A stretch of DNA of 64,000 nucleotides from Nemertoderma westbladi (GCA_032718475.1 JAUCBJ010004980.1:1-64000); one strand, 5' to 3'. Shown: positions 23,995 through 37,215, counted from the first letter of the stretch. Notes: generated by a model not told the origin, from the letters alone. A program made the numbers and translations.

Positions 23995-25373
23995 CGCAGG
24001 AATTCTTCCAACAGTAAACCCAGCATGTTCATCGTCAAACTCTCTTCAGTATCAACTAAGAATGAAATTCTCAAAGCAAAAAACAAACTACGAAACTCAG
24101 CAAACAGCTCCCAAGTGTACGTATCACGTGACTTAACACGTCTTCAAGCTAAACAAGGGTACTTGCGACGTCAGGCAAGGTCTCAGGTTCATGAAACAAC
24201 ATGTCTGAACGAATCGTCGATCGGGCCTTCACAGGCCTGAAATTCCTTGCGCTCAGCCAATGCTACCTGTACTGCTACCGATCTAAATTCATCTGATATC
24301 AAGGATGATAAGTCTGTTTTATCACCGACATTAATTTACATGAACTGCCACTCAATCCGTAATAAACTTTAAGCTCTTCGTTACTTGATTACAATTCACT
24401 CGGGTCATCCTATCATAGTTAGCCTAACAGAAACTCACCTGATCAATGATGAATCAGATGATATTTTCTCCTGCCCCGAGCTGAAGGATTTCACTAATTT
24501 TCGTCGCGACCGACCTGGGAGTACAAGTTCAGATCGGGGCAGCGAGGCAAGCAGGGCTCAAAGCATACCGGGAACCCAAGCGAACTCAAACATAAACTCA
24601 GTCGGAGTTAGTCTCAGGTTCATGAAACAACATGTCTGAACGAATCGTCGATCGGGCCTTCACAGGCCTGGAATTCCTTGCGCGCAGCCAATGCTACCTG
24701 TACTGCTACCGATCTAATTTCATCTGATATCAAGGATGATAAGTCTGTTTTATCGCCGACATTAATTTACATGAACTGCCGTTCAATCCGTAATAAACTT
24801 TTAGCTCTTTGTTACTTGATTACAATTCACTCGGGTCTTCCTATCATAGTTAGCCTAACAGAAACTCACCTGATCAATGATGAATCAGATGATATTTTCT
24901 CCTGCCCCGAGCTGAAGAATTTCACTATTTTTCGTCGCGACCGACCTGGGAGTACAAGTTCAGATCGGGGCAGCGAGGCACGCAGCGCACAAAGCATACC
25001 GGGAACCCAAGCGAACTCAAACATAAACTCAGTCGGAGTTAGTCTCAGGTTCATGAAACAACATGTCTGAACGAATCGTCAATCGGACCTTCACAGGCCT
25101 GAGATTCCTTGCGCGCAGCCAATGCTACCTGTACTGCTACCGATCTAAATTCATCTGATATCAAGGATGATAAGTCTGTTTTATCGCCGACATTAATTTA
25201 CATGAACTGACGCTCAATCCAGCCCCGAGCTGAAGGATTTCACTAATTTTCGTCGGGACCGACCTGGGAGTACAAGTTCAGATCGGGGCGGCGGGGTTGC
25301 CATGCTAATTTCTGATAGTTTAGTGCCTACCTTGGTTGAAGGTACCTCGAGAGGTGAGTCTTTATGGGTTGAC
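23995..25373 (+). mobile_element. Triplicated internal fragment of a second LINE (ORF1 end / APE start)
   Basis: IVKL...VYVSRDLT (ORF1) and YMNCRSIRNKL...SLTETHL...RRDR...RGGGVA (APE); unit ~430 bp repeated three times; flanked by TGAC. Confidence 0.85.
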
Positions 25374-26142
25374 TAAAAATGAAATGTACACCGCTCTCTC
25401 AAAAAATACGACAGAACAAAAATTAAAGGAATATAAAAAATACCGTAACAAATTTTCGAAAACTCTAAAATAAGCGGAAAAAATCGACAAAAACAAAAAT
25501 AATATGAGAAAAACATGAAATACAATAAATTCAGCTTTAAACAGGTTAAACCGAAAACCTCACCAAAAATACTAATTATGATTGATAAGAATGGAAGTAA
25601 TAAAGAAATTACAAATTAAATCTGCAGTGTTTTTAACAACCACTTTGCTACTATAGGAACTGGCACAAGAGATCCCCATATAGACCCACAACAAACAGAA
25701 ACCCAATACGTTATATAAACCACAAAAAACCAAACTCCTTCTCACTTGTTGAAACCTCCAACGCTGAAACTATATACAACATACTAGATCTCAATAACTC
25801 AAGATCAAGTAGTTAGTTAGTTATTTTATTGACTAATGGTTTTAGGTGTTTGGCTTGAACGTTTGTTTAAGAGACTAACCTCGATGCGTTTTTGGATACC
25901 ATTAAATATTGTATTGGCAAGCACAGTACACGCTTTGATTGTTTTGTACAGACATTTGTGGTGGACGTTTCGGTAGTTTTTGAGTGTTGAGTGTGTGATG
26001 GTGATGAACTGCATTTTTCAACTGTACAATAATGGTGGCCCTTCAGTGGCCACTATACTGCCATAGGTTTGTGGGTTAGGGTTGTTTAAAACATTATCTT
26101 TCATAGGAATACAGAGATATATCCCAATTAATTTAATTTCAG

Positions 26143-27502
26143 GTAAACTGCGAGAAGACTCATTTCATTCCTAGATGTTAGTGAGGGTGTCACTGAGAGC
26201 AATTGTCGACTGCACTCTTGAAACTCATTGATGATCTTAACCTCGACCCCAACAAGATACGTAGCCAATGCTACGACGGAGCTGGAAACATGTCTGGTGC
26301 TATTAAAGGAGTTGCGTCCCGAATTCAGTCTCTATATCCGAAAGCTCTTCCGTTTTGGTGCACCACACATCAACTGAATCGGTGCATTGTCCAATACTGT
26401 GTGATACCCGCCATACGCAACATGATGTCCGATGCTGATTAGCTAGTAAAGTTCTTCAATTGGTCCCCTGCCAAAGAAAATGCGCTCATGTTAAACACAC
26501 CTAAAGAAAAGCAGTTGAAGCTAAAATCCTTATGCCGGACACGCTGGGTGGAGAGACATGTGGCATTCGATACACTAATAAATCTTCTACCTCACATCAT
26601 AACCACCTTGGAAGACTTTGCAACAAAACCGAGCACTGGAAAGCCTGGAATGCCATCTGCATCATCTCTTGTAAAGACCGCCACTGACTTTGGATTCATT
26701 GCAGCCCTCTTTATTGCCCACGGTTGTCTTTTTTATATTAAAGGCATTACCAAGTCTCTGCAGGAACGGTCCCTCGATGTCGGACGTGCCTTCAATCAAG
26801 TGTCTCTTGTAAGAGAAACTCTCTCTGATGTTCGCAACAACATTGATGAATTCCACAATGACCTATTCGATGAAGCAAGAAAGATTGCCGATTCAGTTGA
26901 CATTCCTGTGGAGAAGCCCTGGACATGTATCAGACAAACCAAGCGCAGTAATGTACCCACCGAGGATCCTAGTGAATATTATCGGAGATCCATTATGATT
27001 CTGCTGATTGATCACTGAATATTAGAAATGGGAACTCGGTTCACATGCTTACAGGAGAGTGCGACTATGGGATGTACACTTGTTCCTTCCATAATGAAAG
27101 CCAGCCCAACCATCGATAAACACAACACGACACGTCGACAAGCACTGCCTTGCAAGTGAGATCCACCAGTGGTTCAAGATGTGGAAAGGTCGTGAAGATG
27201 CACCAACAATGATTGTTGATGCAGCAAATGCATGTGACGAGGATTTTTACCCCAATGTGAAGCGTGTTCTACAAATAAGTGCATTGTTCCCGGTAACCAG
27301 TTGTGAGTGTGAGAGGTGCATCAGTGTAATCCGTCTCCTCAAAACTTACCTACAGTCAACTATGGGCCAAGACAGATTTACAACTCTTGCACTAATGTAT
27401 GTCCATCGGGAAATTGACATAAACCACGAAGGTGTTGTTAAAGAGATTAGTAGGAGACAGCCATGCCGTATTCTTCTACCAAATATTATTTTCGAAACAT
27501 AG
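26143..27502 (+). pseudogene. hAT transposase (THAP12/ZMYM1-like), with stops and frameshifts
   Basis: QCYDGAGNMSG, CTTHQLN, CRTRWVERH, PVTSCECERCIS..LKTYLQSTMGQDR dimerisation motif; hAT-type end ctggatccgcccctg at 28620-28634. Confidence 0.92.
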
Positions 27503-27597
27503 AGTAAAAGGATAAAGGGTTTAGCACTTATTATTATTAATATTATACTCATTACATATCCAGTATCATTACAGTACTATTATATACTCAATAATAT

Positions 27598-28136
27598 TGT
27601 TAGCTTATTCAATCCCGCCAACACCCCATAAAGTTATTAGCCGATAAGCAATATTGGGAGCCACGAGATTCGGTAATTAACCAACTCGTGCCTTCCCAAT
27701 AAGAGTGGGAAGGAAGCACACAATAGAGGGTCAGGGGCCAAACCCCTAACCCAAAGGAAATAGGTGGAGTGAACGGGAACACTTCAGGGGGCGCCAACAA
27801 GGGTATTAACCAATCAGAGGGGGGCAAGGCATCGATTAGGTAGTAATTAGGCCAACCGTGCAGTATAGCCACTTGGCAGTAATATTACCTATTCAGTCAT
27901 CTCAGTGCAGCAGTGCTAGCGTAGGTTAATAGTTAATTAGTTTAGTTAGGGGAGCACGGGACTTTAGTTACCGTATCCCGCCTACCGTATAATTCACAAT
28001 ATATCTATATCCTATAACCTATTATTATACACCGAACTTCAGAACTCATTTAACTTCATTCACTCTTTATACACGGCGGGGACGCGTAAACTGAATACCA
28101 ACCGGATAAATCGGGATCCTCCTGGATCCCGTCACA
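27598..28136 (+). mobile_element. Solo LTR with 5-bp TSD
   Basis: AATAT|TGTTA ... TCACA|AATAT; homologous to 10233-10814; inserted in the 3' region of the hAT element. Confidence 0.92.
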
Positions 28137-28299
28137 AATATTATGTAGTTTTAATCGGTTTTTTTTGTGTATAAATAGTTATAACTGTTACCTTCTGATT
28201 CATTTGGTTTTAAAAGAAAATATTTGACACAAAAAGAACACCAAAAATATTTTTGGAATTTTTTATAAATCAATTATTGTGGGGTGGGTGACGGCGAAT

Positions 28300-28572
28300 A
28301 AATATATATGTTATAGTACGTTATGATAATGCTCTCCATAGCTAAATATATCAACCGCCTCTATTGGGGCTCGAACCCGGTACCTAGGTGTCAAACTTCC
28401 AGTTATCATCAGCCGAGTATGTGTCCTAAGACCACTGAGCTACCAGGGTGGTAGAACATTTATTCGCTATGGAGTGGGGTATAATTGGGTATCGGGTTCG
28501 AGCCCCAATAGGGGCAGTTGATATATTTCGCTTTGGAGAGCATTATCATAATGTACTATAACATTTATATTT
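28300..28572. mobile_element. Foldback tRNA-derived SINE-like element with internal hammerhead (copy 1)
   Basis: Inverted arms; the minus strand has box A TAGCTCAGTGG (28432-28442) and box B GGTTCGAGCCC (28367-28377); the right arm repeats box B and the tail on the plus strand. Confidence 0.8.
28375..28418 (-). ncRNA. Type I hammerhead ribozyme motif (GAAA mutated to GACA)
   Basis: actcgg CTGATGA t aact gga agtt t GACA cctagg TA ccgggt; 6-bp stem I and palindromic stem III. Confidence 0.7.
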
Positions 28573-28649
28573 TTGGAATTTGCTCGCCCCTGATTTATTC
28601 CCCCCCGGCTAGGTGACCTCTGGATCCGCCCCTGACTCTAGTCATATAT

Positions 28650-30271
28650 CAGTTGGTCTCGTTTACGATTTTGAGTTTAAGTCTACACTGGCACAGTTAT
28701 AAGTGCATCGGATGCAAAAAAATTAAAAAGCAAGATGTAGAAAATCATCATGGGATGGTCTCAACAATTACAATCCAAAATAGTACTTTAGTTACTGACC
28801 CAGATACTCCAAAACATCCACATTTTTGTCAACCACTCACAAAAGCCAAGACCATTGTTAAAGAAATCGATTGGACGAACACGTGTGGAAATATGTGATG
28901 GAAAGAGCCCAAAAGTAGCATATAATGAAAGTCTTTCTTCTATTACCAGCATGGATACGTCGAACTTAGAAAAACACTTAATTGAACAGTTGATGCCCCA
29001 GTATAGCTCTGTTAAATCGAGTTACATCGAACAAGACAGTCATCTATGCCATCGTGTTTATGTGTCCATGATATACCACCCATGTTGAAATTGTCCCTCC
29101 ATGGCAGATTTGCAGATCCTGTAGATGCGTTTTTCGGTGAATCGTTTCTCATTTATGAGAGTGTTGAGCCGAATCCGCCCCTTTTGATACTAGGAACAAC
29201 GGAAACGCTAGGTTGGGGATATTATAGGCATATTATATGTGATGGAAACTTTAAGTTTCAGCCAACTAAAGCCCATCCTTTCCTTCAACTTTATACAATC
29301 CATGGATTCGTTGCTGGTGAATCGATTCCGCTGTTGTATGTCTTAATGTCCTATAAGAATGAAGTTAAATACAAGGTCGCTTTTAATTTCATTCGCGAGA
29401 AGGTCATGGAATGTTTTGGAGATCCTGAAAATATGTCCACCGCAGTGTGGCATTTCGATTATGAAGATGCTGCTATGAACGCCATTCGAGATGTATTTCC
29501 ATACTGCATTGTGACAGGGTGTACATTTCATTATTCAAAAGCTATCAATACAAAGATAGTTCTGAAGAAAGCTTATGCTGACATGTCCATTGTTAGGAAA
29601 TGGTTCTGCGGTGGAATGGTGAGTGTGGTATTTGGTTAACTTGTTTCTGATGAACCAGTGACACTGGTTGCCCAAATCAATGCACAGCTTCAAGATTTCA
29701 TTGGTTACTACTGCTGGTGGTTATGACCTGAATTTATCACCATATGGAATTACTTTGATAATGATGGACCTCGCACAACAAACCTCGCACAACAAACCAC
29801 GCTGAAGGCTTCCACAATGGCCTTCGTTAGCACTTTAATCGACCACACCCCCGTTTGAGTGGGTTTCTGCACAAAGCGCAGCATTGGAACAATTCGTATT
29901 GCATTCGCGGACGCCGCCAGTTGGATGATGGTACTGTACTGCTGTGGCGCGGCCTCGACTACAACTATACGTACGTATCAACAAAGAGATAGAGGCAAGG
30001 AAAACCAACTTCAATCTGAAGATTCAGAATGCACTAACCGCGAAAAGAAAATGCAATCGATATATGATAGGATGTTTATCCTTATTTGGATAAAATGCAA
30101 CAACTTTTAGGAAATTTAATCGTATTTAACGTTGACATTGCCAATATCAATAGTTAATAATTAATTGTGCAATATTTTGATATTGTTTGTTTTCTAATTG
30201 TTTGATATAATTGTTATCATATCATTTAGTTCCTGATATGCTATGTAGATAACGATTTTTATGATGGGGGT

Positions 30272-30302
<31 letters not shown>

Positions 30303-30603
30303 CTTGGATTTGCAGAATGTAAAATTTAAATTCCGTTTAATTTTACATCTTGTTCGGTAGCCAGTTTGTCAGTGTCCCAGAGATGGGACAGACACGGGCC
30401 GGTTTAGAATGCGGCCCTCAGCGAATTAACAATGTTAAATTTATGCTTAACCTTTGTACAGTATGTTTTGTATTACTTTTATGTCTGTATAATTCAATTG
30501 CATTAAAATTATTTCCATAAGTCTTTTTTTAGTTTTTTTAGTCCTAACGCTACATGACCTAACGTTACAGGACCTAAAGCTACGGAATCTAATGCGCCAG
30601 GAC
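28650..30603 (+). mobile_element. MULE (Mutator-like) element, transposase pseudogene
   Basis: FLYWCH-like C..C..H, CDGNFK, QLYTIHG, PLLYVLM, FDYEDAAMNAI, GCTFHY, PRTTN..EGFHN; ~15-bp subterminal repeats (gacctaacg.tac) at 30541-30603. Confidence 0.9.
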
Positions 30604-30628
30604 CAGTGGCGGATCTAGGATTTCTCCA

Positions 30629-30660
<32 letters not shown>

Positions 30661-31280
30661 GACCAAGTGAAAAAAAATTGTTATATCATCTATTATAGTG
30701 ACAGCATATTTGAACACTAGTGGTCGAATTACTGGTTGAAAATGATAAACTCTCGGTTTTGTGGGTTATATATCTTTCAATATTAAATTATTCAATTTTA
30801 ATTAAGGTTTCAATGACAAATGCCAATTTTTTTTTGAATTATTATATTAAAACAAAAATTATTAATAGAAGGACTATTATTAATAGGAGGGCTGGGGCTG
30901 TTAATAAGGCTGGTGGGTATACTAGGGGTACCACCTACCTTACCTGTCTTACTTTCTTATTTTTCTTTGGACAAGCCTGGGCTGGGATAATGTGAATTCT
31001 ATCTGGTCTGGATGCTAATGTTACTTTAACAAAGTTTGCCTTGTGGCTTGCCTGAGGAGACATTTTCATTAAAGTGAATATACAATAAAATGTAAAATGT
31101 GTATAAATGTCATAGAAATGGGATCTTTGGGAGGGGGGTCACATGTTTTTATTTGGTTTTCTTATTATTTGCTTGTGTTCGTTATTATTTTGGTTGTCAT
31201 GGGTGATAAAATGAAATAAAAATTAAAAAGGTGGGGGGGGGGGGGGGGGGGGGGCACGCGCTCCCGTTGCCACCCCCCCT
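30604..31280. mobile_element. hAT-like MITE remnant
   Basis: Begins cagtggcggatctagg followed by poly-G; ends gggcacgcgctcccgttgccacccccc and is cut by the next element. Confidence 0.5.
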
Positions 31281-31760
31281 CTATTTAGGGTTGTTTTTGA
31301 TGAACTAATTTTAAGTTAAGCCATTTTCTACTCATCGTATTGACTCAATTTTTGGCACATTTGAAAGGCAATGGTCGATATTGGGGGGGGTAGAACACAT
31401 AAAAAAGTTAAAATTCATGAAAGGGACGCTGTTTTACTACGTGAAAGCCCTTTTGTTCAAAATTGTGTGTCAAATTTACTATAAATTCATATTCCTCACA
31501 GCACTAAAATTTAAAATTAATATAAAATCTATTCAAATCTATGGAAAATGGTATTTCTTATTTCTGCAAAGTGAGGGAAATTCAATTCCAATAATTTGTC
31601 AGTGTCACTTCATCAATCAGCAGATCAGTAGTTACTCATGGTTGGAATTGAGCTGGTAGCCTACCATTACCAGTAAACATGTACAGTAATTCAGTCCTAC
31701 CGGTGCCATATTATATTTGAATGCTATAATACAGTAATAAATAGCTGTATTGATCACATA

Positions 31761-33172
31761 ATGTCGAAGACCCGTTCATCAGACTGCAGTATTGTTCAGA
31801 TTCTAGGCCCGTCGTTAACTGTATTGCCAAGGAGTGAAGTTTTAACTCGAGGTATTGTATTAAGAAGATTATCTCAACTGTTTAAAAATTCAAATAATCC
31901 ACAATCCATATCCATACTTGCCAGCGAAATTGAGATTCTATATGGTCAGTATGGGATAACACCGATACACAAGACTAACCTCAAAAAACGAATAGGTCGA
32001 TTTACGGTGAGTTTAAATGCCACTTAAAACATCCTATTCGAAGTAACTTCATTAAACTTTGTGGAGAGCCCGTTTCTTTTAAAACTGCATTGCAGCCCAA
32101 ATGGGTTCTCCAAGCGGATCTACAGTGGTATAATAATAGACAAAACAAACTTGGTGGTAGCTTAGGCCCTGTTGATAAAGCTGCTGCCAAAAGAGCTCAA
32201 AAACGTGCAAAATTTGTTGAGAGTGAGAGAAGGCCTAGTCAACCTCAACCATCAACATCAACAGATGCTCAGGAACATCTGTTATCTTCGTATCCTTCAG
32301 ACATATCATCTGAAACGAGTTCATTAACTACAGATACTGGTAGCGAATTCGAAACCATTACTGGTACTACAGATATGTCAACCACTCCATCACCTATTTC
32401 TACCCGATCTCGCAGGGGAACTGATTGGAAGCCGTTAGCCTCGGTTCTTCTTCGGTACAGTGCGAGTGAAGAGGCTGGTCAGGAAATTATCTCCAAGTAT
32501 GCTACTATACTTGGATTATCTCCACAGGATGTACCAAGTACTAGCACATTAACGAGAGCTAAACAAAATTTGGAAATTGATTCAGAGGCTCGTTGTCAAG
32601 TTCTCAAGGCTAATTCAAAGTATTTCTTTGCACATGCAGACGGCAAAGATCTCTATGAAGTTGTGCTCTATCATGCTTCCCGTGATAATGACTACATATT
32701 CATCCCACACAGTATTACTAAATTCCAAAATCATCCCACTGGATTGATACTCGGATCCCATTTTGAAGAAATCTTTCATGATGACCTTGTCAACAAAAAA
32801 CTGGTAGGTGTCTGCACGGATACAACTGCAGTTAACTCAGGAATAGGAAAAACGGGTGGTGCTTTTAAGCATCTTGAAGCTAAAACTGATATGTCTTATC
32901 AGTTATTCATTGTTATGTGTCGGATTCATAGTAACGAGTGTGTTTTGAATGTGTTTTTGGCTGAGTTGTCTTCCAAATTCTTTGACAAAAACCATAAAAT
33001 GACCAGTGACAAAAGTGCAACTGTTCAATCCTTGGAAACACTTTGTTTTAATATGCGTTATATGTATGAGTGTCTTGGTGCCGATATATTGTTATATATA
33101 TATACCGATATACTGTTATTACTATTATGTTATCACAATGTTTTTCGGTCATTAAGATTAAATCACGCATAA
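31761..33172 (+). pseudogene. hATm-like transposase, N-terminal and central part (frameshift ~32020)
   Basis: MSKTRS..LP..VL, HADGKD, CTDTTAVNSG..GA..LE, MCRIHSNE (CxxH). Confidence 0.75.
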
Positions 33173-33300
33173 CTGACAGAATCAGAGCGATTAAAGTAAA
33201 AAACGCTCACATACATGTAGTATAGTAGCACATGTCATTTATATATGATGGTCATATATAGCCTACTTTATAAGTAGATAATCTGATTACAATTGGTTAA

Positions 33301-34060
33301 TCAATAAGTATAGTTATTGTTGAGTTTTAACCATACAAGTTGATGCCATCGACTTTTTCTCAAAGAACGCTCCTCGTACTTGACAAAAATTTTATTGAAC
33401 TTGTCAGTTTTTCTTAGTTCTCCAACCAATCTATCAGCTGGTTGGTTGTGGCCTTGAATGGTGTTTCCAACGAGTTCTATTTGCAACCAGAGTTCATGAT
33501 AAGGATCGCCATACACAGCTCTGACATCTTGTGATGAATTCAAATCTTCCAACAAATGGAATAGAGGCGACTTATCAATACGGTCTGCCCAGTTCGGATA
33601 TTTTAACAGGTCTTGAATGGAAAGCGTTTTAAGTACTTCTTTGGAAAACTTCAATACAACTCGTTCTGTAAACTGCGCTTTACCTTCAAGGTTATTCAAT
33701 GTACGCTCATGAATGTGATTTCTATATTCTTTATCTAAAGGCAGGAATATACCGTCGAGATTATACAAATGCCTTTCAATGGTAGAAAAGTATGTTGCAG
33801 AGTAATCTAGTTTGATTCCAACTTCTGCTAGTATATTGGTGATTTTCAGTGTATTTCTAATGATATTAGTTATTTATTTTTGTTATATTTATTAGTTCTA
33901 TATATATTTTATTAATTATTCTAATCATTGAAAATGGACTTACTGATCACCCATATCTGGCCAATCAGATGGTTTCTACGTATTTCAGTGGGCTACTATC
34001 AATGATCTTCAAACAATATATCGGCACCATTTTACTGGTCATGTACAATCTGTAACAATG
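33301..34060 (-). pseudogene. C-terminal part of the same transposase, inverted
   Basis: IERHLYNLDGIFLPLD and GHNQPADRLV resemble the C-terminal motifs of this family; putative exon ~34060-33945 bounded by AG and GTAAGT. Confidence 0.55.
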
Positions 34061-35845
34061 TATGATTACATACATCATTGTGAACTATAATTTGTATAAA
34101 TATAATTTTCTTATAAGAAGACTGACTTTTTCAGAAATGATACTTGGATATAATATTCAAATTAACACTACAACAATTGAAAATAACCCTTAAAACGACG
34201 TAATATTCCCCCCTTACCGAATTTTTTTTTATTTTATGTGTTCTACCCCCCCAATATCGACCATAACCATTCAAACATGCCAAAAATTGAGTCAATATGA
34301 TGAGTAGAAGTGGTTTAACTTAAAATTCGCTCATCAAAACAACCGTAAATGATAGCGATAGAGATTAAATTTACAAAAGTCAGTTGGGCGACCTTAAGAT
34401 GTCATTATTTTTCAGAAATATTTTTACCAGACACTTTTTATGCCCTTGTCCAGATAAAAATGGCCACTTCACTTTAAATTTCCAAAATTCTATTTTTATG
34501 ACGCGCCCAACCCCCCCCCCCCCCCAAAAAAAATCCCAATTTGGAAATATGAGGGCAAAAAACCTTGGCAAAATAATATTTACATTTGTTAGATAGTAAC
34601 GGATAACAACAGACGAAGTATTAATAATTAGTAATTAAACGAAAATTAGTAATAAATAAAAGAAATGTAACCAAAAGCAACTTACTTGTAAAATGCAAAA
34701 CTTTTAATTGAATACGTGGCCCATTTTCGTAAACTATTATGAGCTAACCCTTCATTCTTTGAGCGAATCTTGGTAACGTTATGTAGCAAATATATAGACC
34801 CCATTCAGGATGACTCATCCAATTGCTTTATCCGCTTTGTCCTCATTCCACCTCACTTTGCTCCGGAAATTCAACAACCACCTATTTCGTTTGCTGAAGC
34901 CACTGATAGGAATTCTTGATGCTGCATTATTGCTCCTACTTAATTAAGTATTGGATTATTATGGAATAGAATCAATAGATATTATTTTGTTAAAATATAC
35001 AGCTAGGGGCGGTAACAATACAAAGCTATCCTGATTGTTAAATTAACCAGAAACAATATTTTTGGAAAATTTTGCACAAAATTCCGTAGCTTGTTTTAGT
35101 TGTTTTCATGTAATAATTCAAATTGCCAGAATACAAACCGTCAAAAAAAGCTACGCAACATTTGGGCTTGTATATCTGTTAGTTAGTTACTTAATTACTC
35201 GATTATATGATTACTAATTAGATTTATTATCTAGCTTGTATAACCGTATCGAAATTTAATTATTTTGCATTATTGTATCACGCTAAGTGGGCTTATCAAT
35301 TAGCTTGTCAGATTACGGTAGCATGTAGCCACTTTGTCACCATTGCTACCTAAGTAGCAATGGTGCCACTCATGGTAGCTGAACCGACAGTTTCATATTC
35401 TGCATAGGTAGCAAGGACGCCAGTCCCTTTTTAGTGAGAATTGCGTCCTTGCTACGTTTTGTGTCCATATATGTATGTATATATATACATATATATACCA
35501 TATATATGTATATAAACATGTATATAACAACTAAATATGTATATTTAGTATTCCATGGTATAACCAACTTTTGGAAAGAGAGATTGGCCTATCCTAATTG
35601 GTCAGGGTTGGTGGTCTGTTATTGGTTCTGCTGAAAATCAATTTAGTTAAAGGGCAGCAGATTGGATGTGTTTGTTCTTAGCTAATAAGGCGGGTTCTCT
35701 TTCCTGTTTGGTAGTAACCTAATAATTGGGGTGGTTACTACCATAGCTATGTACACACAATGCAGTATGGGGGGTTGCTTATTGCTTCCCAATAGGTTGT
35801 ATGCACACTCATCCAACAATATAGAGTGATTAACACATTGGATCA

Positions 35846-37215
35846 ACTGTGGGGCGAGCCACGAAGTGAGTGAGCCTTAGCGTAGTGGTACCATTAATCA
35901 ACCTGTCGTTCTGTCGTTCTGTCGTTCTGTCGCGTTCAATTTTAAACGTTAATAACTCGGCCAATCTTTGATGAAATCTATCCAAACTTGGTACACATGT
36001 TGTTTGGCAAAAGTTTAGAAATTTTCCAAGTAGAATTTCCGTGTGGCCTTCGAGAAGCTAAGATAATAGCAGTTAATTAGTTAATTAAGTTGATTACGGT
36101 AAAAACACCATTTTCAACCTGCCTTTTAAAGGAAATTAATTGTTTTACAGTATAAGATTTAAATAATTATAATTAAAAATTATACAGATGTAATCCACAT
36201 ACGCCATTCTATTATAGTTTTTAATTAGTTCAAGTGATTTGCTTTAATAATTGTGTCTTTAATTGATCTAAAGTAATTAAAACGGCAAAAAAAATTGATT
36301 CTCATTAAATACTGATCATTTATTGGTTAACATCCAAGTTGGCTCGGTGCTGGTATATAGGATAGGAAGGATGTTTGGTGTGTGTAGAACAGCCAGTGCT
36401 CTTCAATGGGAATGCGAATGTAAGTAACCACATGTGTACAGGCCGGTAGACAGATTGGCCATAGCTAGCTAACGAGATGGAAATCTTAATTCCCTACTAT
36501 TCAGTCTATTATTGTGTTATTGTGTGTTAGACAGATCTCATTTAATAAATGTCAGTCAATAACATTTTACCACTGCAGAAGGCTTATTTATATCCATACT
36601 TATTTTTTCCTCATAAATATTGGGCTTATTATTTTTTGATGGGATTTCTTTGTAGTTGAATTGTCTACGTTTTTACACTGAGGCATTAACAGAGGGTACT
36701 GGTATTAAATTAATTATTTGAATATCATTACTGCATCGACTGCATTTAGTACTGCGTTCTGCATTGATTATATTCCTATAAACCATTCCTGGTTTCGCAT
36801 ATTGCACGTATCCATAGTTATAAAGATTGCCAGTCTGCGTTTAGGAAATATATTTAAATACAAAACAGGACGAGCGCAACGACGCTTATAATGATTAAGA
36901 CGAGTACGGCGTTGATTATATTCCTATACACCACCTGGCTTTGCATATTGAACGTGCGATTGGAAATAAGTTCGTTCTACCCTTCCGTGGGTGGTAGATG
37001 TCGCGGTTATGTATTGGTGGTTGGGAAGGGTGGGGGGGGGGGGGGGGGGGGGTGGAGAGATTAAAAGGGGTGAACACGTACTGTCCCCCTTTCTTGGATT
37101 GATTGGTGGTGTGGGTAAATTTCTCAAAACCTGATTTTGTGATACAGTCGCTCAATTTTAATTTGTATCTCATAACTGGGCCTCGTGCTGCGCGAAGGCC
37201 CCACGAACATGTACT
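35846..37215 (+). mobile_element. Helentron/DINE-like non-autonomous element
   Basis: 5' gtggggcgagccacgaagtgagtgagcc hairpin, (ctgtcgtt)n microsatellite, taactc...aaacttggtacacat core, 3' gggcctcgtgctgcgcgaaggccccac hairpin. Confidence 0.5.

Larger units (their letters stand above)
21260..25810 (+). mobile_element. Crack/L2-group LINE ORF2 pseudogene (APE domain and linker), interrupted twice
   Basis: FPFS...IDPDQN, then LNCRSL|NKNY...FDVLSFTETFL across the 21509 insertion, IGNIYRP, PTRI...TLLDHI...TDH, and PWMT..SSMT|KNEMY...YKKYRN across the 23995 insertion. Confidence 0.85.
31286..34347 (+). mobile_element. hATm-like DNA transposon with long TIRs
   Basis: TAGGGTTGTTT ... AAACAACCGTA with >=130-bp inverted ends; no TSD visible. 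Confidence 0.8.

Noticed and set aside
10233-28136. One 18-kb LTR retrotransposon bounded by the two LTRs
   Set aside because: The LTRs are clearly diverged, and the second has its own AATAT TSD on both sides, so it is a solo LTR.
28367-28450. Functional tRNA gene
   Set aside because: Box A and B are present, but the anticodon arm is replaced by the hammerhead region and the acceptor/T stems are imperfect; treated as a SINE head.
28620-30618. hAT-like inverted repeats flanking the MULE as a composite element
   Set aside because: They face outward (right end of one element, left end of another) and share no TSD.
30266-30657. Long poly-G tracts as a dedicated G-quadruplex system
   Set aside because: They recur at transposon subtermini throughout the window, and homopolymer lengths are error-prone.
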